A DNA stretch of 64,000 nucleotides, taken from Lama glama (taxonomy: Eukaryota). A program made the position numbers and the translations under genes. The notes under the pieces are model-generated. The model had not been told where the DNA came from. It worked only from the letters and a program-made list of their open reading frames with translations, and did no database searches. The stretch covers positions 52,144,001-52,208,000 of the forward strand of contig CM052816.1 of NCBI GenBank assembly GCA_028534125.1. Direction: 5' to 3'. Each line of letters begins with the position of its first letter. Positions within the stretch are counted from its first letter, which is position 1. Positions 1 to 13,500 of the stretch are shown here, in pieces.

Positions 1-50
1 AGTAGGATCTCGTTGTTTATCTATTTTATACATAGTAGTTAGTATCTACA
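1..50 (-). mobile_element. L1 3'-UTR fragment (continues left of window)
   Basis: Matches the 3'-UTR of other L1 copies here (ttgtttatctattttata...gtagttagtatctacaa). Confidence 0.75.
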
Positions 51-62
51 ATGTATTTTTAA

Positions 63-250
63 GGCGGGGAGGGTACAGCCCAAGTGGTAGAGCACATGCT
101 TAACGTGCACGAGGTCCTGGGTTCAATCCCCAGTACCTCCTATAAAAATAAATAAATGGATAAACCTAATTACGTTCCTCCCCCAACAAAAAAAAAAGAA
201 AGAAAAAGGTTATACAAAATTAAAATACATACATACATATATATATATAA
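63..250 (+). mobile_element. tRNA-derived SINE (camelid vic-1 type) with A-rich/(TACA)n/(TA)n tail
   Basis: GGGGAGGGTACAGCCCAAGTGGTAGAG...GGTTCAATCCC (A and B boxes); probable TSD aatgtatttttaa at 50-62 and 251-263. Confidence 0.88.
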
Positions 251-269
251 AATGTATTTTTAAACTTAC

Positions 270-334
270 CTTCCAACCTTAACCCAATCAGTTGGTATAC
301 AAGATACAGCAAAATTCTTTATTTCAATCATGAA
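270..334 (-). CDS. MSH3: MSH3 exon 16 (65 nt)
   Basis: cattttag|TTCATG...GTTGGAAG|gtaagt; encodes FMIEIKNFAVSCIPTDWVKVG. Confidence 0.96.
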
Positions 335-916
335 CTAAAATGAATACAAATAAAGGTTACATATTTAAATGATTAATCATTATATTTTAAAATTTTCCTC
401 AAAATTGTGCTTAGTAGTGTAGCAAATATTATTCTAAACATTCAAAGTAAACACAGTATTGTTATCGAGAGAGCTCATATATGTACAACCAAATATTGTT
501 AATTAGGGTTTCAATACCTGGGATAAAGTATAATTTGTATTGAGCAAAAAATCTGTAATAAAGGATATTACTTGGTGCTTTAATGTTGATAACATTGTTG
601 CATTCATACTACGAATGGTAATTTTTCTTTAACGATCTCTTTCAATTGTTAGTACCCACTTATCTTAAGAATTCTATTACTCAGTAATAAGACTGAATTT
701 CTAAGTAAATAAAAATTTTAAATATTTTATTATTAGATGTTAAGCTTGAGATATGGTCAATCCCTTATCCTGAACTGAAGAGGATTTATTATAATAGTTT
801 TTATCCAAGAAACCTAAGTCCTGTAAAAGTATCCTCATAAAAAGCAATGACTTCCTCAGCAATTAAGGGAGGAAGGTACTTCCTCACATGATTACTTTCC
901 CTAGGTTTTGGTTTAT

Positions 917-1049
917 TTTTTTTTTTTTTATCGAGTTATAATCATTTTATAATGTTTTGTCAAATTCCAGTGTAGAGCACAATTATTTCAGTTATACATG
1001 AACATACCCATATTCATTGTCACATTTTTTTTCACTGTGAACTACCACA
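917..1049 (-). mobile_element. Short 5'-truncated L1 3' end
   Basis: Poly-T followed by L1 3'-UTR; perfect 17-bp TSD cctaggttttggtttat at 900-916 and 1050-1066. Confidence 0.9.
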
Positions 1050-1409
1050 CCTAGGTTTTGGTTTATATGAACCATGTCTTTATAGATTCACCTGTACTCT
1101 ACTGGCTCCTCTGAATCAGCCAACAAGCAGTGAAATCACTACTTCCAAAATATCTTGCATTTCTAGCATGACTTGTATATCATCCCTTCTTCCTGCTCAC
1201 TTTCCTGTATTACTGCAATAAAATTCAATGTTTTATTTAAACAAAGAAATAAGCAAATAGAAAATAGACTTATTTTTGTATGAGATGGAACCCAGAAGCT
1301 TTATGGCTGCCACTAATTTCAAGATGGCTACAGAAACTTTTTCACATATATTTACAACATTTCAGATATTTATAATGTGTGTATAATTAATAGTATGAGC
1401 CTGGCTCTT

Positions 1410-2442
1410 TTTTTTTTTTTTAATGGTTTTTATTTTATTTATTTATTTTTTATTTTTTACATTTTTTTATTGATTCATAATCATTTTACAGTGTTGTGTC
1501 AAATTCCAGTGTTCAGCATGTTCAGCACAATTTTTCAGTCATTCATGGACATATACACACTCATTGTCACATTTTTTTTTCTCTGTGATTTATCATAACA
1601 TTTTGTGTATATTTCCCTGTGCTATACAGTGTAATCTTGTTTATCTATTCTACAATTTTGAAATCCCAGTCTATCCCTTCCCACCCTCTACCCCACTCCG
1701 TAACCACAAGTCTGTATTCTCTGTCCATGAGTCTATTTCTGTCCTGTATTTATGCTTTGTTTTTGTTTGTTTTTGTTTTTTAGATTCCACATATGAGCGA
1801 TCTCATATGGTATTTTTCTTTCTCTTTCTGGCTTANNNNNNNNNNNNNNNNNNNNNNNNNNNNNNNNNNNNNNNNNNNNNNNNNNNNNNNNNNNNNNNNN
1901 NNNNNNNNNNNNNNNNNNNNNNNNNNNNNNNNNNNNNNNNNNNNNNNNNNNNNNNNNNNNNNNNNNNNNNNNNNNNNNNNNNNNNNNNNNNNNNNNNNNN
2001 NNNNNNNNNNNNNNNNNNNNNNNNNNNNNNNNNNNNNNNNNNNNNNNNNNNNNNNNNNNNNNNNNNNNNNNNNNNNNNNNNNNNNNNNNNNNNNNNNNNN
2101 NNNNNNNNNNNNNNNNNNNNNNNNNNNNNNNNNNNNNNNNNNNNNNNNNNNNNNNNNNNNNNNNNNNNNNNNNNNNNNNNNNNNNNNNNNNNNNNNNNNN
2201 NNNNNNNNNNNNNNNNNNNNNNNNNNNNNNNNNNNNNNNNNNNNNNNNNNNNNNNNNNNNNNNNNNNNNNNNNNNNNNNNNNNNNNNNNNNNNNNNNNNN
2301 NNNNNNNNNNNNNNNNNNNNNNNNNNNNNNNNNNNCTAGGTCTTTGATGGTTCCATATAAATTTTATTATGATTTGTTCTAGTTCTGTGAAATATGTCCT
2401 GGGTAATTGGATAGGGATTGCATTAAATCTGTAGATTGCCTC
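1410..2442 (-). mobile_element. Young 5'-truncated L1 spanning the assembly gap
   Basis: Poly-T and 3'-UTR left of the gap, ORF2 sequence right of it; TSD agcctggctctt at 1398-1409 and 2443-2454. Confidence 0.9.
1836..2335. other. Assembly gap (500 N)
   Basis: Run of N. Confidence 1.
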
Positions 2443-2868
2443 AGCCTGGCTCTTGAATTTACTTTTCTATTAATAGCAACAAAGTAGCTTTCACATTAAT
2501 TATAATAGGAATTAATGGTTAACTCCAAGATTTTTCATCCTTAGCAAAGACTTTGTAATTAATAATGTCCTCTTGTATAGAGAGGAAATTAACACAATTT
2601 CAAATCTGACATATCCAGCTAGAGTTAAGGGTAAAGAGTCTTAAAAATTCCCCTTTGGCTAAAAAAAAGCAACTGAGGGAAAAAATCCACAAAATAAGTT
2701 ATCATTGATGAGAAAGAAAATCACTTTAAGAGTATGCTAAAAAAATTCTGCTTAAATATTATTTTGAAATGTTCTATGAGAAGACATAGTGGTCTTTTTA
2801 CAAACTGGAGGAGCTATGCCAAAGGCAAGAAGTAAAATTCAAGACCGTATTAGATTATTAATATTTGA

Positions 2869-2912
2869 GTCTGTGGCCATACCACCCCAAATGCGCCCCA
2901 TCTCGTCTGATC
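2869..2912 (+). pseudogene. 5S rRNA retropseudogene fragment (nt 1-44)
   Basis: GTCTGTGGCCATACCACCCCAAATGCGCCCCATCTCGTCTGATC; 38/44 identical to the vertebrate 5S 5' end as recalled; flanked by attaatat repeats. Confidence 0.88.
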
Positions 2913-5054
2913 ATTAATATGCGGGAAGGACACGTATAACACAGAGCTCCACAGGAAATACTGCCTAAGGGATAACGGAAATTTTGAAAAGAAACTAAAA
3001 CTGCCTCAACGAGGCCTCTGGGCAGCCAGCTAGGCTGGGGTACTCAAGTTTTTCCCTGTAACACCACAGCACATCAGCTCTGGACTCACATCCATGCCTC
3101 ACAAATTATCAGCTGCCACTGCCACAGCCCTCCAGAGCACCAGGAATAGTTTGGACCATAACCATTCAACCTACAAGTATCCAGAGTCTACTCTAAGAAC
3201 CATTACAGCTCCTCAAACAAGCCAATATAGAATGGAAAAATTAGGAATCAGGAAAGCCCACGTGGACCTCCCACTTGGTAAACCTCAGGGGTCACTTCCT
3301 CAGGTGCTGGTCCTGTGTGTACTCTTCTTTTCAGCCTGTGTTTCTCCTTAGAACTGTCATCAATTAGTAGTTTTTTTTTTTCTGTTCTACACTAGCTACG
3401 GAATAGAAAAGTTTCTATTTCCTTTCACAAACATTCTAAGAATAAGTTGACAGGCCTTTAGTTCGGAGACTTTATTGCTAATGAAAAAGGAAACCAGCAA
3501 AACTTGGAAATCAACATATATCTCAGAAATCTTATGAGGCTTCTCAAAGCAATTTCCCTTAGTCAGTTCGTGACTTTGCTTCTTAGGTGTTAATGTGAGA
3601 GGTCTGTCTTGATTCATTCTAACAATCCCTTATATTCTTCTGCTGGGATCCAGTTCCATCTTGGTTAAATATCAGATATTGTTACTCAAACTACAGCCCG
3701 TGGGATCACTGAGCTGGTATCATTGCTGAGTTTGCTGAAATTCTTAGCTCACTCCAGAAATTGCTCTCTGTTTTCTCTAAGACCACACTTAACCCATTCC
3801 TACTCTTCCCCCTTTTCTTTCTCATTCTCTCTTAAGAATTCTCAAATTTTTTATGTAGATGTTAAGACTTAACAGAGAACGCTTTCCATGTCTTAAACAT
3901 GCTAAGCAGAGATGTGGATATGCTGCGAGTTGTGAATTAATTATTGTTTTCCTAACGATTTCCCCCCAATATTTCTTTCCTTTTCCTTAAGACTACTACT
4001 AACCAATGCTGCCCCAACTCTAAATATCACCCCATGTTCATTCCATATTTTGTTTCAAGGTTAAAAGACAACTCTCTCCATACATAAAACATGAAAGAGA
4101 CTGTCACAGAAGCAGTGAATTACCTATGTAAAGGTATATAAGTTTCTGCTTCATTTTCTTTCTTTCAGTATTTTCTAAACAAATACGTACACAGTTAGAC
4201 ACAATAATTCACCATAGTCAATAAGGCTTAGTATTCTAATGAGCACATAAAAACTAGGAACTAAGGGGAAAAAAATGAATGTTGCCAAAAGTAACTCTGG
4301 CTTGACAGTCTATTTAACTACTAACAATAAGATCTATGTACCAAGTGGGGTTGCTATAACAGGTCTTTAAAAATATATTACAAAAGTTATATATATGGAA
4401 ATAAAATTTCAGACAGAATAGAAGAGTATAAAATACGAAACATGTATATAAAACAAAGGTTTTCCTTCCTTCCTTCTTCACTTCTCAGAGCTAATCATGT
4501 TTGACAGAGTCTGTTGTTACATCTTCAAGTATCTCTAAATTTGCTGATATCTTCAGTATAAATAAACAGAATTTGATTATAACACTGCTGACTATTAAGA
4601 ATTCATGTGGTGTTTGAATGAATTAGAATCATTAATTCCTCAAAAAATGTTATAAAAGCGATTCTGTACTGATGTACTATTAAGATTCTAGAGGTTTTAA
4701 AAAACTAACAAGACACCTTTTGTTAAAAACTAAGAAATTTCTTGCCTCAAATTCATCACCTTTACCTAGTACAGATTAAGAATAAAAAGATAATTTATCT
4801 TCCTTGCTAATTCTCTGTAATCCAATTACTTGATTTCCATGCTGTGCATTTTCTTAAACATCTCTGCTATATGGGTAAAGAATAACTAATCTACTATCCC
4901 TTAGGAATTCCTAATCAGTTTTCTCCATTTTTACTTTAAAGCTGCCAGCTGAATTTGGGGCTCTCTTTCTAAGCTTCATTTTAGTGTTTTATTTTGAATA
5001 GTATCTAAAATCTCTGGATTTTATTAAATAAAATCTGTGATGTTGATAATTCCT

Positions 5055-5320
5055 TGTGTAGAGTGAAATAATGACATGGTATAAGGATTGGAGTCAGGCT
5101 GACCTAGGCTGGAACTGAGTTTTTTCTAACTTGGGTAATTTATCTCACTACCCTAAGCCTCAGTTTTCCTTCCTGCAAAACTGGAAAAACCCCTTTCTGT
5201 ATTGTTACATGGATTCAATAATATATGCTTGTTACAAGGATTCAATAATATATGTAAAGCACTTAGCACCATTCCAAACTTAGTAAGTGTTTGCTAAATG
5301 GTTAACTATATGACTATTAT
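5055..5320 (+). mobile_element. MIR SINE (with internal 27-bp tandem duplication near 5202-5254)
   Basis: MIR core: gcctcagttttccttcctgcaaaa...atgtaaagcacttagcac. Confidence 0.75.
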
Positions 5321-6551
5321 TATAGCACGTACACTCAGCTTTCCCCATTGTAATACCAGGTAACCACTTTTCTACTACACATCTTTTATTAAGGTATTAA
5401 GCAATTTTGATCATTTCATTTTCAACAAGTAGACCAGAACAGTGGTGCTGAGGTCACTTGTCACAGTCATAATTGTATAATGAAACCAAGAGATATTTGG
5501 TATTTGCCTGTTCAGGGAGGGCTGAGAAGTATAGATATTGTAAAATCATTTTTCTGTTATATAGAGCACTATATGGAATGCATTATGAAGTCTCTGCCTG
5601 AGTATAAATAACATCTTAAGTCCAGAAGACAGGCTAACTTAACCAATGGTCCATTAAATTAATATACATTTCTAAAAAGATTATAATTTAATGTAGACTT
5701 TCTTATTTCAAATAATCATATAAATCAACACTCCTGGCTAAACAGATAAAGTGATCTAAGTATTTTAAAAACTGATTTGAAATTAAGCCTTTCTCTCAGT
5801 TGGAATATATATTTTATCAGCCATATGATGCAATGCCTCAAGTACTCAACCACACTTAAAAAAAAGCATACTTCTTCTTGGTTCTCATTCAGATATTAAT
5901 ATCAAACTTTAAACAGAAGTACACATAACAAAAACTACATTCTAGACAGCACCATAATATTATGCAAGGCTCACTAAATGGAGGTTTTCACTACATACAT
6001 ACAAAGTTTTGGGGTTTTGTTTTGTTTTTGTTTTTTGTTTTTGTTTTTTTTTTTAGTGGACACACTCCTTCAGAAGGAAGCCTTGCCATTTAATCACTTC
6101 ATGATCTAATTAATGTAGGTTGTTTACTTTGTATCATTTCATCATCTGTAGGCCAGGAATCAAAGAGTTACTTCTCTCTCCTGGATTTAGGGCAAATGAA
6201 TTCTATAAAGTTATTATTTATAATAGTCAAGCATTTCTATAACATAATTTCAATAAGTAATATTAAAACACATGTAACATTAAGATGCATGATTTCACCC
6301 AGAGACTAAAGTATGAAGTAAATGAGCAAACAAAATGCTGTTATTAAAGGAAAATTCTTATCAAAACAAGCTATTACAACATATTCCTAAGGAACAAAAT
6401 AGAAAATCTGAAAAAAAAAAAAACAACAACAAAAAACACACACAACAAAAAAAACAACCTTTCATCCTACCCTCAGATTTTGATTTACATTTTAAAATTG
6501 CTTCTCTATTTGAGGAAAACTAACACAAAATAAAAGTGTGTTTGACATTAC

Positions 6552-6720
6552 CTCCTGTCCTGAGACTGTCACATATTGTGCAGAAGGGTTTTTGAGTATT
6601 TTTCGTATTTCTTGCAAATGTATTTGGATCTTATAAGTAACTTCTTGAATTTCATCCTTTCTCTTTTTTATTAAAGGGAAATCAGAAAGATCACTGAATA
6701 ATTCAGTTTTATCCCCAGAC
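6552..6720 (-). CDS. MSH3: MSH3 exon 15 (169 nt)
   Basis: ttttttag|GTCTGGG...CAGGAG|gtaatg; encodes [56 protein letters not shown]. Confidence 0.97.
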
Positions 6721-7453
6721 CTAAAAAAATGAAAAAATGCAAATACATATATTGAACCACATTACTTATATCAATTATCAATTCTTTTTCATAGCATAAT
6801 GAAAGACCAAAGGGTGGGAAGTCAGGAAAACAAGGTTGTAATCTCAGCTTGTTCACTAAATATTTATGGGTCAGTTTCTTAATATCTTTGAAGAGAGACA
6901 AAATTTCCCTAACATCATTTTCGTTTTTCAAGTTCGTTAGTCTCAAGATGAAACCAAGAGATGAAATTAAATATTTGTAGTTTATTCAGAAAGTAAACAC
7001 AATGCAAATACTGTCAAATCTTTTTTCTTATATATAGAGTTCCTTGTGTGATGAATTGTGAAAAAATGACTACCTCTAAACGGATACCTTTGCTTCTGTA
7101 GTTTCTGAACATAAAGCAGATCATCTCTAGACATCTAGCAAATAAGCATAAGATGCCATTTGCCATCTGTTTTTAGATTAATAAACTGCTACTGTTTGCT
7201 CAACCTGGATTTTATCTTTTCATCACCTGACACCTGGAGAAGTCCTACATTTGTTCTACATGACAGAACTGCCTAAATTTTAGGCAGCAATGTGTTTTTT
7301 CCAGCTATAATATAGAGCCTCTAGTATCCAATCATATTTGTACCTTTACATGCAACTTCTCCCATTACTTCTAGGGAAGCTTAACCATCTACACATCAAA
7401 TGGCAAACACATTACTTTCACCGCTAGAAAAGAAGTAAGAATCTGCTACTTAC

Positions 7454-7641
7454 TTGGCAGCTTGTTCGTTAAGTATCTTTAAGTAACGGTCCACTGGACT
7501 GAGGAGTTCGGGAATTTCTAAAATAACTGATTGGAGCAACTCTGACTGAACAAAGGAATTAACAGCAGGTACCAATGTTTGAAATTCTGACTTCAGATAA
7601 TACAGAGTTTTGACAATCAGGAAGAACTCTTGGGTAGAACA
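7454..7641 (-). CDS. MSH3: MSH3 exon 14 (188 nt)
   Basis: tattttcag|TGTTCT...GCTGCCAA|gtaagt; encodes [62 protein letters not shown](K). Confidence 0.97.
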
Positions 7642-7799
7642 CTGAAAATAGAAATATTTTTTTACCTAAATAGCATAAGATATATGAAAATGAAGTTTAG
7701 TCAGTGGTCCTTTTAAAGTTAGAATCAGAATAAAAGAAAATTTTAATGTATTGTATAAATTAGTTAACTGAAATAAAATACTGTTGATACCTCCTAAAT

Positions 7800-8860
7800 G
7801 TTAAATCAGTAGTTTAAACATTTTATAAAATAATAGTTTAAAGCTATAAAGAAAATAACCTGAGTCAGGCATAGGAAAGCCAATAACTTGCTTGGTATTT
7901 TAAAATTTAAAACATTGACCATATAACAAAAATTGACCATATAACAAAAAATACAGTAAACAATGTCACAAACGAAAAAGAACAACTCTGGGGAAATAGC
8001 TGCAAAATACAGATAGAGCGATAAAGGGCAAAATTCTCCCAAGTATAATGAGGTTTTGCAAATTGACATATGAAAGGTGAATAATCCAAAGAATAATGGC
8101 CAAGAAAACTGAATATGCAGCTCATAGGGAAAAACGTCCAATAAGCATATGATTAGCTTCACATATAATTATGAAAAGCAAATTAAAATGACAAGGTAGC
8201 GTTTTTCACTTATCAGAATGTCAAAGATTTAAAAGTTTGATAATAGCTAAGTCACACAGGGTATGAAAAATAACACTTTTATATACTATTAGTAAAGGCT
8301 TAACCTTTTTAAAGAGCAATCTGTCATAGATTCGTAATAAAAAGTGCATATACCCTTTGACTAAACAATTGTATTTTTAAGAATTTAACAAAATACGTTT
8401 TACAAGTAGTGAAAAAATATGTGTATTTGAATATTTATAGTAGCAGTGTTGATGATAATATTAAAAAGTGAGTAAGAAACAAATATCTAGCAACTGAGAT
8501 CTTATTAGGAAAAACTCATTCAATTTAACACTATAAAACAGTTAAAAAACTAAGATGTCTGTAAATACTGATGTACAGATTGATACGGAATTTCATATCA
8601 ACATATATTGAATATACACAGTATATTTTTACACTATGTACTATATATGTATTTACACAGTAAAATTTCATTTGTGATTCTTTAAATTATATATATTATT
8701 CTACTGAAATAAAAGCATAAATTAAAAATTTCAGGAAAGGTACACATGTAACTTATTCCAGTTACCTCCGGGTACTGGATATGCTGGAGGGTAGTAAAGG
8801 GAGACTTTCTACTCTTTATTTTACATCCCTGGATGCTGTTGTAATTTTATAACATGACAT
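7800..8860 (+). mobile_element. Old degraded L1 (L1ME-like) 3' region
   Basis: Degenerate ORF2-end/3'-UTR motifs (cataccctttgact, aatggccaagaaaactgaatatgcag). Confidence 0.6.
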
Positions 8861-9226
8861 GAATAATTTTTTTTTGAAGTTTTGGATAAAGAAAGTGACT
8901 CAACACATGCATGTGATTTCACTCTATCTTGAAGCTATAGTCCAGGATTGTTTAGAAACAAATGAAATCTCAAGAATAATTAGGAGAAAAAAATAATAGC
9001 AACAGCCCCTTCAAAGCCACAAAGTAAACGGACAAGTGGTAATCGACTTGGAAGACTCAGGATATTTGAATCTCAAGCAGACCATGAGGAAAACTAGGAC
9101 CCAATTTGAGTTACACCAAGAATCCTAAAAGACTCTGGAACTGGTGGTATAAATTACCTTTGGAAGTGAAAGCTGTGGGTAGGGGAGTTGGGAGGGGAAA
9201 AAACAACTGGTTGAAAGTGAGTTCAA

Positions 9227-9362
9227 GGGGGAAGAGTATAGCTCAAATGGTAAAGCGCATGCTCAGCATACATGAGGTCCTAGGTTCAATCCCTAGTACC
9301 TGCTTAAAAAGATAAAATAAATTAAATAAATAAATAAACCTAATTACCTACCCCCCCCAAAA
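9227..9362 (+). mobile_element. vic-1-type SINE
   Basis: A/B boxes; TSD gaaagtgagttca (9213-9225) / gaaagtgaattca (9363-9375). Confidence 0.9.
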
Positions 9363-9453
9363 GAAAGTGAATTCAGCAGCCATTAAATCCCTCAGTCCCT
9401 ATTCCTCGCCATGCCACCGAGCAACCACCATTTTCCTACCTTACAGAAGACTA

Positions 9454-9673
9454 CAGGTGACCACTGAACAACATGGAGGTTAGGGGTGCATACCCTCCAC
9501 ACAATAAAAAAATCTGAGTATGACTTTATAGTTGGCCCTCCATATCTGTGGTTCCGCCTCCAAGGATTCAACCAACATGGATCATGCAGCATTATTAATA
9601 CGTATTTAATGAAAAAACTCTGAATGTAAGAGGACCTGAACAGTTCAAACCCATGTTGTTTAAGGGTCAAGCG
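9454..9673. mobile_element. Tigger-family non-autonomous DNA transposon (Tigger2a/MER8-like)
   Basis: TA-flanked TIRs caggtgaccactgaacaacatgg ... ccatgttgtttaagggtcaagcg. Confidence 0.8.
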
Positions 9674-10519
9674 TAATTTTATTTTCAAGAGAAAGTAAAA
9701 CATGGGTATCTCAACTAGCTTCAGGTACAGTGAAGGATGAGTGTACACCAGAATTAAGGGATTAAAGGAATGATTGCAAACCGAATGCTGAGATTCCTGG
9801 CTATCCCTATTTAGCTCCCAGAATATTGACAGCCATTTAGAAGGCCAAAAGAATCCCTGGGGAAATCTCACAAGCATAAGAGGAAAATTCTCCCAATAAA
9901 TGAACCATCAAGGTCGCTCTATAGTTCACCCCCTATTTTGCAAGCCACATTCAACTACATAGATTTTGCTATCAGCATTTTAGTCCTCCACTCTTTAAAA
10001 ATGATCAGAATAAAAAGTCTAATGAAATGCAAAAACTAAAACAAATAATCAACCAATCAATCAACCAACAAATACAAGGAAGAACAGAGCCTATACAGGT
10101 AGAAGAAAACTTCTAAAAAAGAAATTGAATAATATCCTCAGTTAAACAGAGAATATTGAAATAAGAATATTGAAATAAACAGAGAATCATGAAATAAGAA
10201 TGACATGCTATTTTCTTTTAAAAAGAACTTTCAGAGAACAAGAAAACAACCAAAATTCGTAGAAATTAAACTTGAAAGCAGAAATAAAAAATGCAACAAA
10301 AGAGGTAGAAGATCAAGGTGATAAAATTTCTAAGAAGGCAAAGCAAAACTGTAAAGAGATGAAAAATACAGAAGAAGGTTTGATAATCAGTCCAAAAGAT
10401 TCAATCAACTCAAATAATAGAGTTGCAGAAAGAAAGAAATCATCAAAAAAAGTAGTTCAGAAAAATTTCCCAGAACTTGGTTGCCAGATTAAAAGGGCCC
10501 AATACAATGGATTACAATG

Positions 10520-13500
10520 GAAGATAAACAAAACTGGTAAACCTTTAGCCAGAATCATCAAGAAAAAAAGAGGACCTAAATTAATAAAATCAGAAACGAA
10601 AAAGGAAAAGTTACAACTGACACCACAGAAATACAAGGGATTATAAGAGGCTACTATGAGCAACTATACGCCAACAAAAAGGACAACCTAGAAGAAATGG
10701 ACAATGTCTTAGAAAGGTACAATCTGCCAAGACTAAACCAGGAAGAAACAGAAAATGTAAATAGACTAATACCAGTAATGAAATTGAATCAGTAATTTAA
10801 AAACTCCCAACAAACAAAAATCCAGGACCAGATGGCTTCACAGGTGAATTCTACCAAATATTTACAGAAGGGTTAACATCTATTCTGAAACTATTCCAAA
10901 AACTTTCAGAGGAGGGAACACTTCTGAACTCATCTGATGAGGCCACTGTCACCCTGATACCAAAACCAGACAAATATATCACAAAGAAAGAAAATTACAG
11001 GTCAGTATCACTTATGAATATAGATGCAAAAATCCTCAACAAAATACTAGTAAATCAACTCCAACAATATCTTAAAAGGATCATACACTATGATCAAGTG
11101 GGATTTATCCCAGGGATACAAGATTTTTCAATATCCACAAATCAATGTGATATACCACACTAACAAACTGAAGAACAAAAATCATATGATTATCTCAATA
11201 GACACAGAAAAAGCTTTTGATAAAATTCACCATCTATTTATGATAAAAACTCTCCAGAAAGTGGGCATAGAGGGAAATACCTCAACATAATGAAGGCAAT
11301 ATATGACAAACCCACAGCTAACATCATACTCAATGGTGAAAAGCTGACAGCATTTCCTCTAAGATCAGGAAGAAGACAAGGATGCCCACTTGCCCACTCT
11401 CAGCACTTTTATTCAATACAGTTTTAGAAGTCCGAGTCACAGCAATCAGAGAAAAAAAAGAAATGAAAGGAATCAAAATTGGAAAAGGAGAAGTAAAATT
11501 GTCACTGTTTGCAGATGACATGATACAGGAAATCCTAGACACTACCAGTAAATTACTAGAGCTCAACAATAAATTCGGTAAAGTTACAGGATACAAAATT
11601 AATATACAGAAATCACTGGCATTTCTATACACTAACAATGAAATAGCAGAAAAAGAAATTAAGGAATCCACCCCATTTATGATCACATCAAAAAGAATAA
11701 AATACCTAGGCATAAACCTACCAAAGGAGGCAAAGGACCTGTACTCCAAAAGCTGTAAGATACTGACAAAAGAAACTGAAGATGGCACAAACAGATGGAA
11801 AGATACATCATGTTCTTGGATTGGGTGAATCAATATTGTTAAAATGGCCATACTATCCAAGGCAATATACGGATTCAATGCAGTCCCTACCAAATTACCA
11901 ATGACATTTTTCACAAAACTGGTACAAAAAATTTTTTAAATTTGTATGGAAACACAAAATTCCCTGAATAGTCAAAAAATCTTGAGAAAGAACAGAGCTG
12001 GAGGAATCACGCTCTCTGACTTCAGACTATACTACACTACAAAGCTACAGTAATCCAAACAGTATGGTCCTGGCACAAAAACAGACACATAGATCAATGG
12101 AACAGGACAGAAAGTCCAGAAATAAACCCAAGCACTTATGGTGACAAAGGAGGCAAGAATATACAGTGGAGAAAAGACAGTCTCTCTAATAAGTGGTCCT
12201 GGGAAAACTGGACAGCTACCTGTAAAAGACTGAAATTAGAGCATTCTCTAATACCATACACAAAAATAAACTCAAAATGGATTAAAGACCTAAATGTAAG
12301 ACAAGATACTATAAAACTCTTAGAGGAAAACAAAGGCAGAACATGCTTTGACATAAATCAAAGCAGTATTTTTTTCAAACCAGCTCCTAGAGTAATGGAA
12401 ATAAAAGCAAAAATAAACACATGGGAACTAATTAAACATAAAAGCTTTTGCACTGCAAAGGAAACCATAAACAAAACGAAAAGACAACCTACAGAATGGG
12501 AGAAAATATTTGCAAATGACATGACCGACAATGGACTAATTTCCAAAATATACAAACAGCTCATACAGCTTAATATGAAAAAAACAAAACAACCCAATCA
12601 AAAATTGGGTAGAAGACCTAAATAGACATTTCTCCAAAGAAGACATCCAGATAGCCAACAGGCACATGAAAAGATGATCAATTTAGCTAATTATCAGAGG
12701 AATGCAAACCAAATTACAATGAGGTTATCACCTCACACCAGTCAGAATGGCCATCATTAAAAAGTCTACAAATAATACATGCTGGAGAGGGTGTGGAGAA
12801 AAGGAAACCCTCCTACACTTAATGGGAATGTAAATTGGTGAAGCCACTATGGAGAACAGTATGGAGGTTCCTTAAAAAACTAAAAATGGACTTACCATAT
12901 GATCCAGCATATATCCAGAGAAAACTATAATTTGAAGAGATACATGCACCCCAGTGTTCACAGCAGCATTATTTACAATAGCCAAGACATGGAAGCAAAC
13001 CTAAATGTTCATCAACAGATGAATGGATAAAGAAAATGTGGTGTGTATATATATATACAATGGAATACAACTAGGCCATAAAAAATGAATGAAATAATGC
13101 CATTTGCAGCAACATGGATGGATTTAGAGATTATCGTATTAAGTGAAGTAAGTCAGACAAAGACTAATATGGTAACATTTATACGTAGAATCTGAAAAAA
13201 AAGATACAAATTCTATCTACAAACTAGAAACAGACTCACGGACATAGAAAACAAACTGTGGTTACCATAACGGGAAATGGGGGAGGGATAGATTGGCAGT
13301 TTGGGATTGATGGATACACATTACTATATGTGAAGTGGATAAACAGCAAGAACCTATTCTATAGGACAGGGAACTATATTCAATTTCTTGTAATGAGCCG
13401 TAATGGAAAAGAAACTAAAAATGTACATATATGTATATAGTATGTATGTATATGTATAACTGAATCGCTTTGCTGTACACCTGAAACTAACCATGTAAAC

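Noticed and set aside
1564..2382. Long ORFs of 272 and 184 aa
   Set aside because: Artefacts of the N gap.
11382..11828. Reverse-transcriptase-like ORFs (also 60459-61818)
   Set aside because: Frameshifted fragments of dead, truncated L1 ORF2; not a novel RT system.
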